From Hemiscyllium ocellatum (taxonomy: Eukaryota): 64,000 nt of DNA. The notes below the pieces were generated by a model. The model was not told where the DNA came from. It was given only the letters and a program-made list of their open reading frames with translations, and searched no databases. The position numbers and the translations under genes were made by a program. The stretch covers positions 54,194,013 through 54,258,012 of the forward strand of contig NC_083414.1 in NCBI RefSeq assembly GCF_020745735.1, written 5' to 3'. Positions 34,101 to 47,350 of the stretch are shown here, piece by piece; position 1 is the stretch's first letter; the number at the start of each line of letters is the position of its first letter.

Positions 34101-35400
34101 GCCATTCGGCCCTTCGAGTCCACTCCGCCACTTAATCATGGCTGATGGGCATTTCAACTCCACTTACCAGCATTATCCCCACAGCCCTTAATTCCTTGTG
34201 ACATCAAGAACTTATCAATCTCGGCCTTGAAGCCATTTAGAGTCCCGGCCTCCACTACACTCCACAGCAATGAATTCCACAGGCCCACCTCTCTCTGGCT
34301 TAAGAAATGTCTCCGCATTTCTGTTCTGAATTTACCCCCTCTAATTCTAAGGCTGTGCCCACGAGTCCTAGTCTCCCCGCCTAACGGAAACAATTTCTTA
34401 ACGTCCATCCTTTCCAAGCCAAATGTCTATCCCTCCTCACAGATTTTCTGCACACTGTATCTAGCACTCGGTACTCCTTCCTTTGATCCATAGCTCTGGT
34501 TCCCACCCCCCTCTCAAACTAGTTTAAACCATCCCGGTGAGGCCTAGCAAATCTCCCACCGAGGCCTAGCAAATCTCCCACCCAGGATATTAGTATGCCT
34601 CCAATTCAGGTGCAACCCGTCCTCCTTGTGCAGATTGCATCTTCCCCAGAAGGTATCTCAATGATCCACATATCTGAAGCTCTCCTTCCTACACCAGTCC
34701 TGCAGGCATGTGTTCACCTGAACTCACTCTCTATTCCTAGCTTCACTAGCAAGTGGCACCAGTAGCAATCCTGAGATTACTACACTGCTTGTCCTGCTTT
34801 CTAGCCTCCAACCTAACTCCCTATATTCTCTTTTCAGTCCTCCTCCCTTTCTCTACCTGTATCACTGGTACCGATGTCTGCCATGACTTCTGGCTGCTCT
34901 CACTCCCTCTTAAGAATCCTGTTGACCAAATCCTAGACATCCTTGACCCTGACACCCGGAAGGCAACATACTATCCGGGAGTCTCGCTCGCGATCACAGA
35001 ATCTCCTGTTTGTTCCTCTCACAAATGAATCTCCTATTACTATTGCTCTCCTATTCTCCCCCCTTCTCTCCTGAGCCACAGAGCCAGGCTCAGTGCCAGA
35101 AACCTGGCCCCTGTTGCTTTCTCTGGCTAGGTTCTACTCACCCTCCCCCGAACCATATCCAAAATGGTGTACATTATTGAATGGAATCGCCACGGAAGGG
35201 GGGTCCCTGCACTGTCTGCCTATTTCCTTTCCCTCTCCTGACAGTCACCCAGCTGCCTTTATCCTGTCACATAGGTGTGACTACCTCTCTATGATTCCCC
35301 TCTATCACCTTCTCAGCCTCTCAAATGATCTGAAGTTCATCCAGCCCCAGCTCCTGTACATGATGGGCTCTGTGAGGAACTGCATGTGCACTTCTCCCAA
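31147..35400 (-). mobile_element. Degenerate near-full-length CR1 LINE (ORF1 + ORF2) with a nested CR1 3' fragment
   Basis: agaacatagaac tail; frameshifted RT/APE pieces (LVRPHLEYC, QHGF, EHFGDSDHN, YFNARNIRNKGDEL); SGNH remnant 34530-35050. Confidence 0.9.
34069..34420 (-). mobile_element. Younger CR1 3' fragment nested in the 31147-35400 CR1
   Basis: taagaccataagacatagg tail plus LFPLGGETRTRGHSLRIRGGKFRTEMRRHF. Confidence 0.88.
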
Positions 35401-35974
35401 GTGAAGTCAGCAGGGGCAAAAGGATCATGCAACAGCCCTCGCCTCCGTTCCCTTGGCTCTAAATTGCCAAGAAAGATTGAATAAATGGGGGAAAATAGCC
35501 TTACCTTACCAACTCGCTACACATGGTCTTTTCTTTTTTGGTTAGAGGACTACATGTGCAGTGTCTCGGGTTTATAACAGTCCGAATATAGCAGCTCACG
35601 TGCCCAGCAATCCCCAATTGAGCCCTTGCTCCTCCTATTTACGAGGTAAGTCTTTAAGAGGGAAATATACCTTCCTGGAAACCCCTCCCCACCCCGGTCT
35701 GCAGTCTTACTGCAAGTCACCACAAGTCACATATTTCTGATCAGGGCAATTTTTGATGTGCACATCTTAAACACATAGGGCAGGATGGCCAAGTAGATAG
35801 TGTACCCACACAGTGCAGGCTTTGCTTTCTTCTCATTTCTCTGCTGCTGCTCTGCCTCATAATTGAGGCATGTGATGAAGCTTGAAGGACAGTCTGCCAC
35901 CACTTAGAAGAGTCGGTAATTTTAAATGAGCTCCTCTCATTCATTAATGTCAATGATGTCACACTTGAAGGAGA

Positions 35975-37135
35975 GAAAATATTCTGCACCCTCTCAGAGA
36001 TATCTTTGATCCTGGCAGCAGGGAGGCAACACACCATTCTGATTTTTCACTGCTGGCCATAGAAACATCCATCTATGCCTCTGACTAGAGAGTCCCTTAT
36101 CACAATCGGTCACTTGCAACCTGACATACCCCTCATTACATTACAGCCAGCCTCTGTACCAGAAACTTGACTGTTCATGCTACATTCCACTGAGGTCCAT
36201 CATCCCCTAGATTTTCCAAAATAGCATACTTGTTTGAGATGGGGATAGCCACAGGAAACTCCTGCACTCCCTGTCTACCCTTCCTGGATTAACCCACCTG
36301 CCTGACTATATCTGCAGCTTTTCTCTCTTCTTGTAACTGTCATCCATCACACTCCCTAGCTACTGTAAATTCCTTACAGCCTCTAACTGATGTTCTAACT
36401 GATCCATGTAATCTGTTAGCATTCGCAACCAAAGACACTTCCGGCAGACATAATCATCAGCAACATGGAAACTCTCCCTAAACTCCCACATCTGTCAGGA
36501 AGAGCACACTATTACTCTTCAAAAGGCCATCTTTGCTCCTTCACAATCCACAGACCCAGAAAATAGCACCATCTTATGGCTCTAAAAACCACACTGCTCC
36601 AGTCTAACTTAGTACTTACGGTCTATATTTTTAAATTTATTCAAGAGACAGATCTCAATAAAGCATATAATCAGAAAGAACCTATTCTATTCACTATTGT
36701 AAATTTGCAACAAGGTTCCATTTAAAAACTATGCACTTATCTGTTCCTGTGTTGTGAGCTCTGCCACAGGTTCCTCCAAGGTCAGCTGTGAATTTCGCTG
36801 TTTGTTAACATTTCTTAATCATGCCTTGGATGTCCAGAGATACTTGAACTCAAACAGTAAAGGCAATAGCTATGCAGATTCACTGCTGTGTCAGACAGCA
36901 GTGTAGGTTTCTTTCTCTGACTATGTGGTCTTTGCCTTTGTCTTTCTTTGTCCTTTTTAAAGTGCTGTTGTTTTGATCTTTTCCCCCCAAAGTTCCAAAA
37001 CAACAGAACAGCTTCTAACACAGTGATTGCTGCTCCTGGAATTCGAGGAAATCACCTCCAACACCTAAAATACCTCAAAAAAGGAGTAGCTCTTACAGCC
37101 ACAACTTTTTCTCATCCTCCATCTTGGATTACCTA
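35975..37135 (-). mobile_element. CR1 5' UTR + ORF1 fragment (zinc finger + start of esterase)
   Basis: Minus strand: CSS-QMWEFR..DYVCRKC (Zn finger), GDSLVRGID, MVCCLPAARIKDISERVQNI. Confidence 0.8.
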
Positions 37136-37139
37136 GAAT

Positions 37140-37395
37140 TTAAAAGGGAGCAAGGGCAACCCTTTCACGCAGAGGCTAGTGCATGTATGGAGTGAGCTGC
37201 CAGAGGAAGTGGTGGAGGCTGGTACAATCACAACATTTCAAAAGCATCTGGATGGGTTTATGAATAGGAAGGGTTTAGAGGGATATGGACCAATTGCTGG
37301 CAAATTGGACTAGATTAGGTTAAGATATCTGGTCGGCATGGACGAATTAGACCGATGAGTCTGTTTCCATGGTGTATATCTCTATGACTCCATGA
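37140..37395 (+). mobile_element. CR1 3' end fragment
   Basis: gggcaaccctttcacgcagagg...gagctgccagaggaagtggtggaggctgg...ctctatgactc tail. Confidence 0.85.
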
Positions 37396-38811
37396 GAGCT
37401 TTAGTGGGTCTTGAGTATTTCTTTGTCCTCCGCTCGAATTGTTGCTATTGAAAATTGAAAAAAACTAGACCTGGTGAGGGAGACACTTTTTAGCCTTCCA
37501 GACACAGGGCCCAATCCATCAAAATTGATTTTTCCGGCATTTTGCCAGAATGCTTAAGAACAAGCTTTCAAGAAGCACGTCAGTGGTTGTTTGATGGTCC
37601 TCTGATTGAATCAGTAGGATACACCTGATGCACTATCAAGGAAATTTATCTCATGTACTTTTGTATCACGCATACACAGTCCCAGAATCAATGAAATTCA
37701 TGATCATGGTCACGTTAATAGCCACTGGCAACACCGTCTTTACCTGGACTTGGAGTTACTCATTTCATACTCAACTGAAATCCTCATGTCAAGTTCATGC
37801 TCAACGGGGCAAAACAAGTGGTCTCTTCCCTTCCTTTTCCTTTCCTCTTCCTCAGCCGTACTCTGCATAGCTGGTGGTAAGGGATTTCTTCTCCAAATTT
37901 CAGTTTGTCATGAGGCCAAAATTCAGCTGGATTAATAGAATGTCTCAAAATTTTGGCATCATGACTGGTAGCAGGAGATCAGGCAATAATCTGCACTTCC
38001 AGCAGTCAAAAACCGGGCAACTTTGGTTCCATTATAGAATAGGAAAGTGATGGAGTCATTGGCACCATGAATCATGAGAAAATCCTGCAATTTCAGGGAA
38101 GTTACATGACTTTCCTGTATATTTGTCTCTGCCAATAATAGAAGAAATACAATTGGCTTCATTGGGTAGAAAGCTTCAGTGAGTTCCCTTATTTAGTCAT
38201 AACAAACTGTATGTTGCTGCAAATATCTCTACTATCTGTCTCAAAAGACACATGGTCATGACCCTGGGGGAGAACAATGCACCACAAATCAAATCTACTA
38301 TTCCACAAGTCATCATTATTTTGAAATGTAACCAACTTCATCTCCAGGGCAGTTAATGATGGTGGCCATTATCTAAGGTAAACGAAACTCACTCTCGGTT
38401 TGATTAATGAATAAGAAAACAAAATCATTACAAGAAACTTATTTTCTAACATGTGCCAAAAATAGATGACTATTTACTAATAGATAGACTTAAACTGTAG
38501 TCCCTTTACAACCAAACACGCACACTCATTCATTCACACACAGGATGGGCAGGATGAGAAACAGATTGCTTTTCAGGAACATCAGGGTTAAAACAAGGGC
38601 AAAATAGTATTACTTCTGTGGATCAGTGTCCAAACCGAAAGAGAAGTGAAGTTACTTTTGCAGTTCTTTCTTTGGATTTTAGCAATGATATCACACTGTG
38701 ATCAACTGTGGCAATTCTCAGTTTGGTAGCCAGTCAGCTAGACTTAGATTTAGGCTCAAGTTTGCAGTTCTCTCTTTTCCCGGTCTTTGAGTGTTATTTA
38801 ATTTCTATTCA

Positions 38812-38887
38812 CTGAGTGAGAGTGAGAGTGACAGAGTGAGAGTGAGAGATTGAAAGTGAGAGAGAGAGAGAGTATGTGAGAGTGAGA
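38812..38887 (+). repeat. (GAGAGT/GA)n microsatellite
   Basis: Visible low-complexity tract. Confidence 0.85.
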
Positions 38888-40109
38888 TATTGCTTTCTGG
38901 CAGGCTTTATGAAAGTCTGAGTCTCGATGGCCCTCTCTTCTGTAAGTTCTGTGACCAATTGTATTCAAGCCAATCCACAAGCTGTAGTTGAGCAGTTATG
39001 TATTTCGCCAAACATGCCTGGTGGCAGGGAATCTCACAAAAATACCACATCCAGTTTCAGCAAAAGAAAATCACACAGTTCCATGTTTCCTTCAAGTTGT
39101 TAAAAAAAAACCTAATCATCCAAACTACCAGTATTCTGTTTTATCTTTCAAAACAAAATATGGCATTTCGTAGATTAGATACACAAAGCTTTATCATCAC
39201 AGTCTCCTTCAGAGCCATTAGTAATGCTCTCTATACCATGTTTTGAGGATGCAGAGGGCAGATTCCAAAATAATTATCCTTTCCAACGAGCAGACTTCTC
39301 ACAACTTGGTCCTCGATGGATTTGGCTTTCTGCTCGAAGTCCATCTCTTGATCTTCCTGCCTCTGTCATCTTTCAAATGATGCTGTCTTCCAAGGGGAAT
39401 GCCTAATAATATTTGCATGCCTGGGAGCAACTGCCTTGTGCAAATGTCTTGAAGTCAGCAAAAAGCCCTTCAACCTTCACCACACTGACTGTCATTGGAA
39501 ACTCTGGAAGAACTGGTACTGTTTAAGAATCTAGTTTTTTGGCTCAAACCTGGTGGATTTCTGCCAACTTTGAAGTGTATTTCTATGAAGGAGAAATGTT
39601 GTTCTTTGGAGACATTGCCTTTCAAGGCTTTGTGGAGCTGTGTGTTTATTGATGAAGTCCATTGCAGTTCATTCTTCTTCAATGTTTCTTTTTCATATTC
39701 TGTCTTTATCTTTATCAAGGCTCACTGCTGCTCAGGTGTTTTTGCACTTTTGTTTTTCAATGAAGTATCAAACACAACTGGGCTATATACAGAGTGAGGC
39801 ATCTGCAGAACGTCGGGATCCTGAGGGGTTTTCACACAGTGAGCAGGGAGAAATCATTTCCAGTGGCAAGTGAATACAGGACACAAATTGAAGGTAATTA
39901 TCAAAATAAATTGGACAAGTTTACTTGTTATGGTCTAAAACTCATTGAATAAGAATGACACTCCTTACTTCCACTCCTATGTCTTATTGTCTTATGACAG
40001 AATCAGATTTTGAAGTGATTTCAAGAGAAATTAATAATAGGTAATACATGAAACAGAGATGACAGGATGCCATGCCTGTGGATGCAATCAAGCTCAACTT
40101 TGAGGAGTT

Positions 40110-40300
40110 AATGATGCAAATTGATGTTGATTGTCCCATCTGGTTCACTAATGTCCTTGAGGGAAGGAAAATGCCATCCTTGCCTGATCTGGCCGACATG
40201 TTGAGCCCATGACTCTTAACAGTCCAGTAGACAATTAGACATGGGCAATAAATGCTGACCTAGCCAGTGACAACCACATCCGATGAATGAATTTAAAATA
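40110..40300 (+). mobile_element. SINE 3' half sharing its tail with the adjacent CR1-group LINE
   Basis: ccatctggttcactaatgtccttgagggaagg...gggcaataaatgctgacctagccagtgacaaccacatcc. Confidence 0.65.
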
Positions 40301-40304
40301 AATA

Positions 40305-41040
40305 CAAATGCCAGGCAATTACCTCACCAATAAGAGACAATCTCACCACTGCCTTTTGAAATCCAACGGTGTTGCCATCACTGAATCCCCCACTAACTCC
40401 CATCCTGGGAGGTTACCATTGAACAGAAACTCAGTTGGACTTGCAATATAAATGTAGGTCAGAGACTGGGAATACTGCAGCAAGTAACTCACTTCCTGAC
40501 TTCCCAAAACCTGTCCACAATCCAGAATCCACAAGGCACAAGTCAAGAGTGTGATGGAATCCTGCTTGTCTAAGACGTTTGCAGCCCCAACAGCATTCAA
40601 GCAGCTTGACACCATCCAGGACAAAGCAGCACTTGATTGCAATTAAATTTACAAGCATCCATTCTCTCCAACAACAATGCTCAGCAGCACCAGTGTGAAC
40701 TATCGAAAAGATGAACTATAGAAATTCACCAAAGATCCTCAGACAGCACCTTACAGACCTGTGACCACTTCTCTCTAGAGTGAAAAGGGCAGCAGATACA
40801 CGAAACACCACCACCTTCAAGTTCCCCTCCAAGCCACTCACCATCCTGACTTGGAAATATATTGTCACTCTTTCACTGTCACTGGGGCAAAATACTGGAA
40901 TTCACTCCCTCAGGGCATTGTGGGAGTGAATCTACCTACAGCACATGGACAGTTCAAGAAGCCAATTCACCACCACCTTCTAGAGATGGGCAATAAATGC
41001 TGACCACCAACGATACCCATGTCCCACGAGGGAACAAAGA
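40305..41040 (+). mobile_element. CR1-group LINE 3' fragment
   Basis: catcctgggaggttaccattgaacagaaactcagttggac, caaggcacaagtcaagagtgtgatggaat (KAQV-SVME), tail gggcaataaatgctgacc. Same family as 57036-58065. Confidence 0.75.
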
Positions 41041-41369
41041 AACATTGCCATTAAAACACGGTGACAAGTGAGTTTTGTGAGTTTCTGTCTTGGTCCGAGG
41101 TGGATTACTTCCACGTTTCACCTCAATAATTAGATAAATGAGATTTGTTGAAGAATCTCATGCTGAGCAAGAGGGATGTGCTCACCATTGCCAGGGTCAT
41201 CTGACTTTCATGTCTCTAATGCCAGGTACACTCATTTAACACTCAGGTGTACTGCACCTCAGCTGCTTCAAGACAGGCAGCCAATAATTCAGTGCTCAAT
41301 TATTTGTGCCTTAAGTTAATATTGGGACCCAGGGTGTCTGGATGCCTCCAAGTAAGCATTAATATCTGT

Positions 41370-41450
41370 GAGTCGAGAGTGTGGTGCTGGAAAAGCACAG
41401 CAGGTCAGAGAGCATCCAGGGAGCAGGAGAATCAATGTTTCAGGCAAAAG
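41370..41450 (-). mobile_element. Neptune-type PLE tail fragment
   Basis: gagagtgtggtgctggaaaagcacagcaggtcag...gagcaggagaatcaatgtttc is the reverse complement of the 7690-7755 region. Confidence 0.75.
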
Positions 41451-43362
41451 TAATGTATGTGAGCCCTAACAATTGAGACCAGTCAAAAGGTACCTGTGTC
41501 AATGTCAGCACAAACACATCTGGCTTGTAAATCAACTGAGCAGAAGCATGCAAGTTGTAGCTATCCTGAGCTCAAAGTAGACTTGATGGCCCATAGTTAG
41601 TTATGATGATGTGGTGAGGCTGGATGGTTTGCTAAGGCAGAGTTGTGTGATGAGGAGAACGATGGCCATAGACCATGCAGGGACATTGTGTGTAAGTAGC
41701 AGTTACATGATATCTGGGGTAGGCATTCAACAATGCTGCAGTCACCAGGTCTCCAAGTTTTACCTGTCAAGAGTTTAGTGTTCCCTTTCTTGGTGCAGGA
41801 GAGAAGAATTGAAGAAGGTATGTAAATAGGGCAAGTTGGCATAATAATGATATGCAAATTATTGGAAATTAGCTCGTGCCCACTCAAGAGCAAGTCGCCC
41901 TTGAAGACCTGAGGGGAAAATCATGTGGGGTTTTCTCAGTTGTGACAATCTGATTTTTAAAGAATTTTCATTTTAATTAATCACTTTCTTTCCTATTTCA
42001 CTTGCCACACTAAAGAGAAGAAAATTGTGCCCAATGTTTATAACCTGCCAAATTAAACAGCCTCAGTGTCATTCTCGGATACCATGGGAGCAAACAAATT
42101 GGGAAATATCGCTGATGTCACTTCCTTCAGTCTGCTGATTTTCAGTGGCATAATAGGAAAGGACAAGGTGAGTCAGACAGCCAAAGACTGTGCTGTCTAT
42201 GACTGAATTTAAGGTTCAGGTTGAGGCCTCAACAGGTTGGGTGGTGAAGAAAGGGACTGGGCATTTTGTTCCAGGGTGAAAATTTCAGGGCAGCAAATGT
42301 TACTCATGTATTTAACATTTGAAAAAACAATTAACCCCATGTGGTGAGCTATCTTTTTTCTCATCTTTACTTATCATATCCAGGAAGGTATCAGTGATTA
42401 TGTTCTGGCTTCTAAAGTAAAGCTTAATTTGTTGCTATGCACATGATGAAAGACACACTTTGTGCAGATCCTTCATTTTAAACTTTGCACTGCCAATTGC
42501 ATCAATAATAGATGACAAGTCAAGCTTACCAACTAAGTGGAATAGAACAAGCCGCTTTCACTGCTGTGAACCAAATCCAAGAACATCACAGTTTGAATTG
42601 GCTGAAAATCTCTCTCTCTCTGCAGGCCTTCAGTGAAATGAGCTTGTGCAAACTCAACCCAGTTCCAAGTGTGCACAGCAGGAACAGTCCATAATTCAGA
42701 ACTAATTGGAAGTTACACTTCAAGAGCCTGCAGAGATGATCGAAGTGAGCCTCAGAGAGAATTTACACTGCAGCAGTGCTGCTCTTCTGAATTTAGGGTC
42801 AGGTAAAATGCTGGGACAGACAAAGGGAATCTTCCTTAACACCTTGCCTGTGGTTCATTTGATAACCACATACTTGTTGCTGGTTTTGCCTGATGAAAAT
42901 GGTAAGAAGTATTGCATTTACTGGTACTGAAATACTAAGCACAATGAACAAATGTACTCATTCTAAAAAGAACCTTTTGATTTGAATGTCATTTGATGGT
43001 TTCATGTGTTCCTCCTACTTTTGGTGAAGTGTCCAATTTTCCCACAGTGTTTAGTCATGATTGCAATCTCTTGTGCATTCAGTTAAAACAAGCTATAACT
43101 GCAACCGTGTCGGTTGAACAATCATGAATTAATGATTCTGTCAAATGGCTCAAAATTAGACCATTTGAAGGTATAACACATTATCACATTTTTATGCAAC
43201 TTGGCATGTTTGATACATTCCACTGGTTAGTTCTTAGGAGCATTTGATGAGTTTCATTTGCAGATTAATTATAATTCCCTTCCTTTCCCCTGAACAAAAT
43301 CTAAAGTTTATGGCCTTCAAGACTTGAATGCTGGTCCCAATTGAATAAAAGGTCATTCAAGT

Positions 43363-43900
43363 TTTACTCCAGGATTAGCAACTAAACATGTGCAAAAGTG
43401 GCACATCACATGCAACTGTAGCCTGAATCTGTAGGCGTCCAGAAACTGCCCTCTCTTAACATCCATGTCTATATTGTACTGAATAAAATCTGTAAAGTTT
43501 CACTTTCCAGAGTGAAGGCGTCATCTTACCACATTCCTTCAAGGAGGAATCTAGTTAGGCCTTGAAGTCCATCAGCTGCAACTTCCTGTTTCAGTTCAGT
43601 TTCTCTTCGAGGGTTGGATTGATGGGATTGCCTCATTATTGTGGTGCTGTGCTGTCTGTGGGCTTCATTTCAGGCATTCCCCTGCCTCTGGTCTCGAGTT
43701 GTGTGGCTCTGGTCATCATCTGCCACCATGTGGTAAGATGAGGCCTTCACTCTGGAAAGTGAGCCTTTACAGATTTTATTCAGTACAATATAGACATGGG
43801 ATGTCAAGAGAGGACAGTTTCTGGGAGCCTACAGATTCAGGCTACAGTTGCATGTGATATGCTACTTTTGTACATGTTTAGTTGCTAATCCTGGAGTAAA
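43363..43900. repeat. Long inverted repeat (~172-bp arms, ~193-bp spacer); MITE-like or fold-back duplication
   Basis: 43363-43534 is the reverse complement of 43728-43900 with scattered mismatches. Termini TA|CTCCAGG...CCTGGAG|TA. Confidence 0.85.
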
Positions 43901-46739
43901 TCTGCATAAATAGCTGGTGGAGTGTACACGTCAGAAATATTAACCACAATCTCCTCTCATACAGCAAACCTTTCTCCTTTCACCATGAACATTCTTGATT
44001 ATTTCCCTATTATGCACAATTTATTTTGTCCATTCTCCACTTGAAATCTCCAAACTTTTCCGCCTTTATGTTGAGCAGAAAATGTGTCACCAAGACAACA
44101 AGAAACCTGCCAGCAAAGATGTCTCTCACATTTATTTTTTTCTGAACATTTCAGTAGACACACTGAACTTCATGTCAGTAAACATTTCTTGCAGTCAATA
44201 CCAATTCATACCAACAATAATCAGGCTGTTGGCATTTATAATAGGTGAAACCAGATTATCCATCAGAAATGAGTTGCATATTCCCATGAAGCATAAATCC
44301 GTTTTCCTCTCTCAGAATAACAGCAGAATGATTCTCACCATGGCTACTCTGCCATTACTATTGCCCTCTCAGTCATATTTCACGTTCCTGTTTACCAAGC
44401 TAAAGTGGCATAGGCTGAAACCAGGCCCTTGAAGCCCAGACATGTTCAAAGACATCCTTATATGGTTGTGTAAAGTCTCGCCCAGTGAATGTCAGCTGTG
44501 TTGCATTTATTGGGTCAGGATTATCAGAACAAGAGGATGAGGGCAAACAAAGGCACTTTCAAGATTGGCAATAAAGGAATGCACAAGGTTGGTTGGTTCT
44601 GTTTCTTTGTGCATTATTAATGCATTGCTGAATAAAGCTGTTCTGTGAATGTTTTTGCTGTTGGCTATTTTTCAGTGATATGTGCCAAAAGGCTGGTGGG
44701 AAATCGGAAATGGATGAACATAAGAGAATGGTAAGTTTTTGTTAAGTATTACATCTCACTGCCAGTAAACCATTAAGAAGAATGTTCATGGCATCATTGT
44801 TGTTCTATTTTAATTCAGAGAACTTAAGTATGACATGTTAATAGAAGTATGTGGCTTTTTGGACCAAATAGCATAACTTGAATTCTGACACTAATGTGCC
44901 TGTGAACTTGATGTATAAATAGCTAGTTGTAATACATGTCTGTCTGATTCTTTAATACCACGTAATCCAGGATCAGTTTCTTATTTTACAAGGGGTGACA
45001 TAAGCATTGCAGTTTCCTATAAAATACCCTGATTCAGACAAAACCCACATCATGGTGAAAAGGTTCCTTTTCACTGAAGCAAAGCTACATAATGTAGTCA
45101 CTTAGTCTCAGTCCAGTATTCTTCCTGCATTTTCTTCCTCTTCCCATTTTCCTTTTCTCATTATGAACCCACTGTGTCCTGAACTTATGGGGCCGACTCC
45201 TCATTTTTGAACATCACTACAAATATGGAAACCTTCTCAGGCATATTTGGCAGAGGCTCTTAGAGAATGACAAGGGGAAATGACTGTTTAGGAGCCCAAT
45301 TACTTGTTCCATAGCATTGACTGTGATTCCTGTGCTCTGGTTCTTGATGCAGTCACACACATCAATTGAACAAACTTTGTGGTTGCAGTACCATTCCCTA
45401 GTACCCATAGAAATGGATGCGTGTTAATGCCAATAGGCCTTCAATAAAGTAACTTTAGATCAACTAAGAGATTAATAGTAAACTAAATTATTTCAGAGTG
45501 CTTAGTATGAAGTCACACTCCTGGTTAATTCCCTAATGCTGAATTGAGGCAGAGGAGCTAAATATAATTTTATATCTTTGCATTAATATAACTCACCGTT
45601 TACAAATTTACCAGCTACAGCCTGGTTTTGGATATTTAGGAGGGAGATAGAGAATTTAGAGACATTAAGGAAAATGTTAAACCTATAATTGTGATAAAAT
45701 AGAAACTACTGTGAAGTTAGTCATTCACAGTCAGAAAGCCAGCTGCATATGAGAGCAATACTACCTTTTATTTACATGGATTCCACTGCACTATACAATG
45801 AACCCCTGAAGCTATGGGGAAGTCAGTCTTCACCACTAACTGCTGCCAGAGGCAGGTTTCCTTTCTTGAGCATATTTTACAGTAAGTGACTACACAATCA
45901 ATTGCAATGATGTCAAAAAACTTAATCTTAATGTAAACCATGTAGCTCTGCTGCTTCAAGAATTTCACTTTGATCTGCTCACTATTGCTTGAGTAATGCC
46001 CATAATTCCATTGTACCATTAGAATATTTTGTTTTTCATGTTCCAGACTTGACCAATATTAGCCATGCCATAAAATATGAGAAAATGACAAATTATGCAT
46101 CAGCCAATATATTCTTCAATAGGAGTTAATCATCACATTATTTTGACCTATATTTGCACTGCTAAAAATGAAAGACATTCTTAGCCAAGGTTAAGGCAAA
46201 TGCTTTTCAAATTAACCTCAATCTTGGTCATCTTCTTTTACAATTAAACATTCCTTTGAAGTTGTTTTGAAAGGCTTAACCATCATTCTTTTAAGTACAA
46301 AGCAGAAATGCAGCAGTTGCCCAGCATACACAGATTGCTTATGCTGCAAATGCTGGACACATAAAAACAGACATTGTTGGAAATACGTAACAGGTAGGTG
46401 AACATTCCTAAAGTACAAAGACAAGTTAAAATGCATTAGGTGTGCACTTAAAAGACTATCATCTATTTTTTTCTATCTAAAGATGCTGTTTAACTTGCTG
46501 CATCACTTCCAGAATTTTCTAACTTCAATTTTGATTTATTCGCTTTGGTTTTTTAAATGTCCTCCCCAGTTATCCTCTTAAATTTCAAACATGCACCAGG
46601 TATTGTTGGAAGTTCAACCTTGATGCATCTATCATTAGCTGTTTGATCTTTGGTGCCTGAAGTCTTATCATCTGGTAGCATGAGGTAAAGAACAGTGACA
46701 AGGGAACCATTTATTTTATTAGTTCATTCAGCATTGAGT

Positions 46740-47110
46740 GTTTTGCTGGGAAGACCAGCATTTAAGTTCCAACTCTAAATGCCCTTGATGAAGTGGCGAG
46801 TTGCCATCATGAATCACTGCGGTGAAGGTGCTCCCACAGTACTATTAGGGACAGAGTAGCAGGCTTTGACCTAGTAAGAATGAAGGAGCAACAGTGTGCT
46901 TTCATGTCAGAATGGTGTGTGACTTGGAGAGGAATTTGAGCAGCAAATGTTCCCATGGTCTGCTATCATTGACCGTCTCAGTGATAAAGATCATAGGTTT
47001 GTTATGTGTTATCAACGTGTTTGCGAGTTGGTGCATTGCATTTTGTACAAACTACAACCATACTGGGGGCGAGTGATAAAAGGGAGTGGTAGTTCAATGT
47101 GATCGATGTT
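46740..47110 (-). mobile_element. CR1-group LINE 3' fragment
   Basis: gctgggaagaccagcattta...gcccttga...tgaaggtgctcccacagtactattaggg is the reverse complement of the 40900-41030 tail family. Confidence 0.55.
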
Positions 47111-47174
47111 TGTTGATCAGTGTAAAATCTTGTTTGACATTTCAGGACAGTCTTGAAAGAATGCTGTAAAGTCA

Positions 47175-47350
47175 GCAAAACAGATTATCTGGTCATTATC
47201 ACATCACAATTGGTGATTCATTTCTGGGAGTACATTTGCTACTGTGCTTCTTACATTATAGCAGTGACTATTACTTCAGACATAACTGTTTGCAAAGCAC
47301 TTTGTGACATCCCGAGGCTGTGAAAGTGCTGTGCAAAAGCAAGTATTTTC
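47175..47350 (+). mobile_element. Deu-domain SINE 3' part
   Basis: aaaacagattatctggtcattatcacat...cttacattatagcagtgact...aagcactttgtgacatcccgaggctgtgaaag. Confidence 0.6.

Noticed and set aside
34539-34581. Short tandem duplications (also 31862-31900) as CRISPR-like repeats
   Set aside because: Two-copy slippage duplications without spacers inside a CR1, in a eukaryotic context with no cas genes.
37550-39800. Possible decayed LTR-retrotransposon region, or host exon (ORF 39470-39718)
   Set aside because: No recognisable gag/pol motifs, paired LTRs or credible splice/codon signal.
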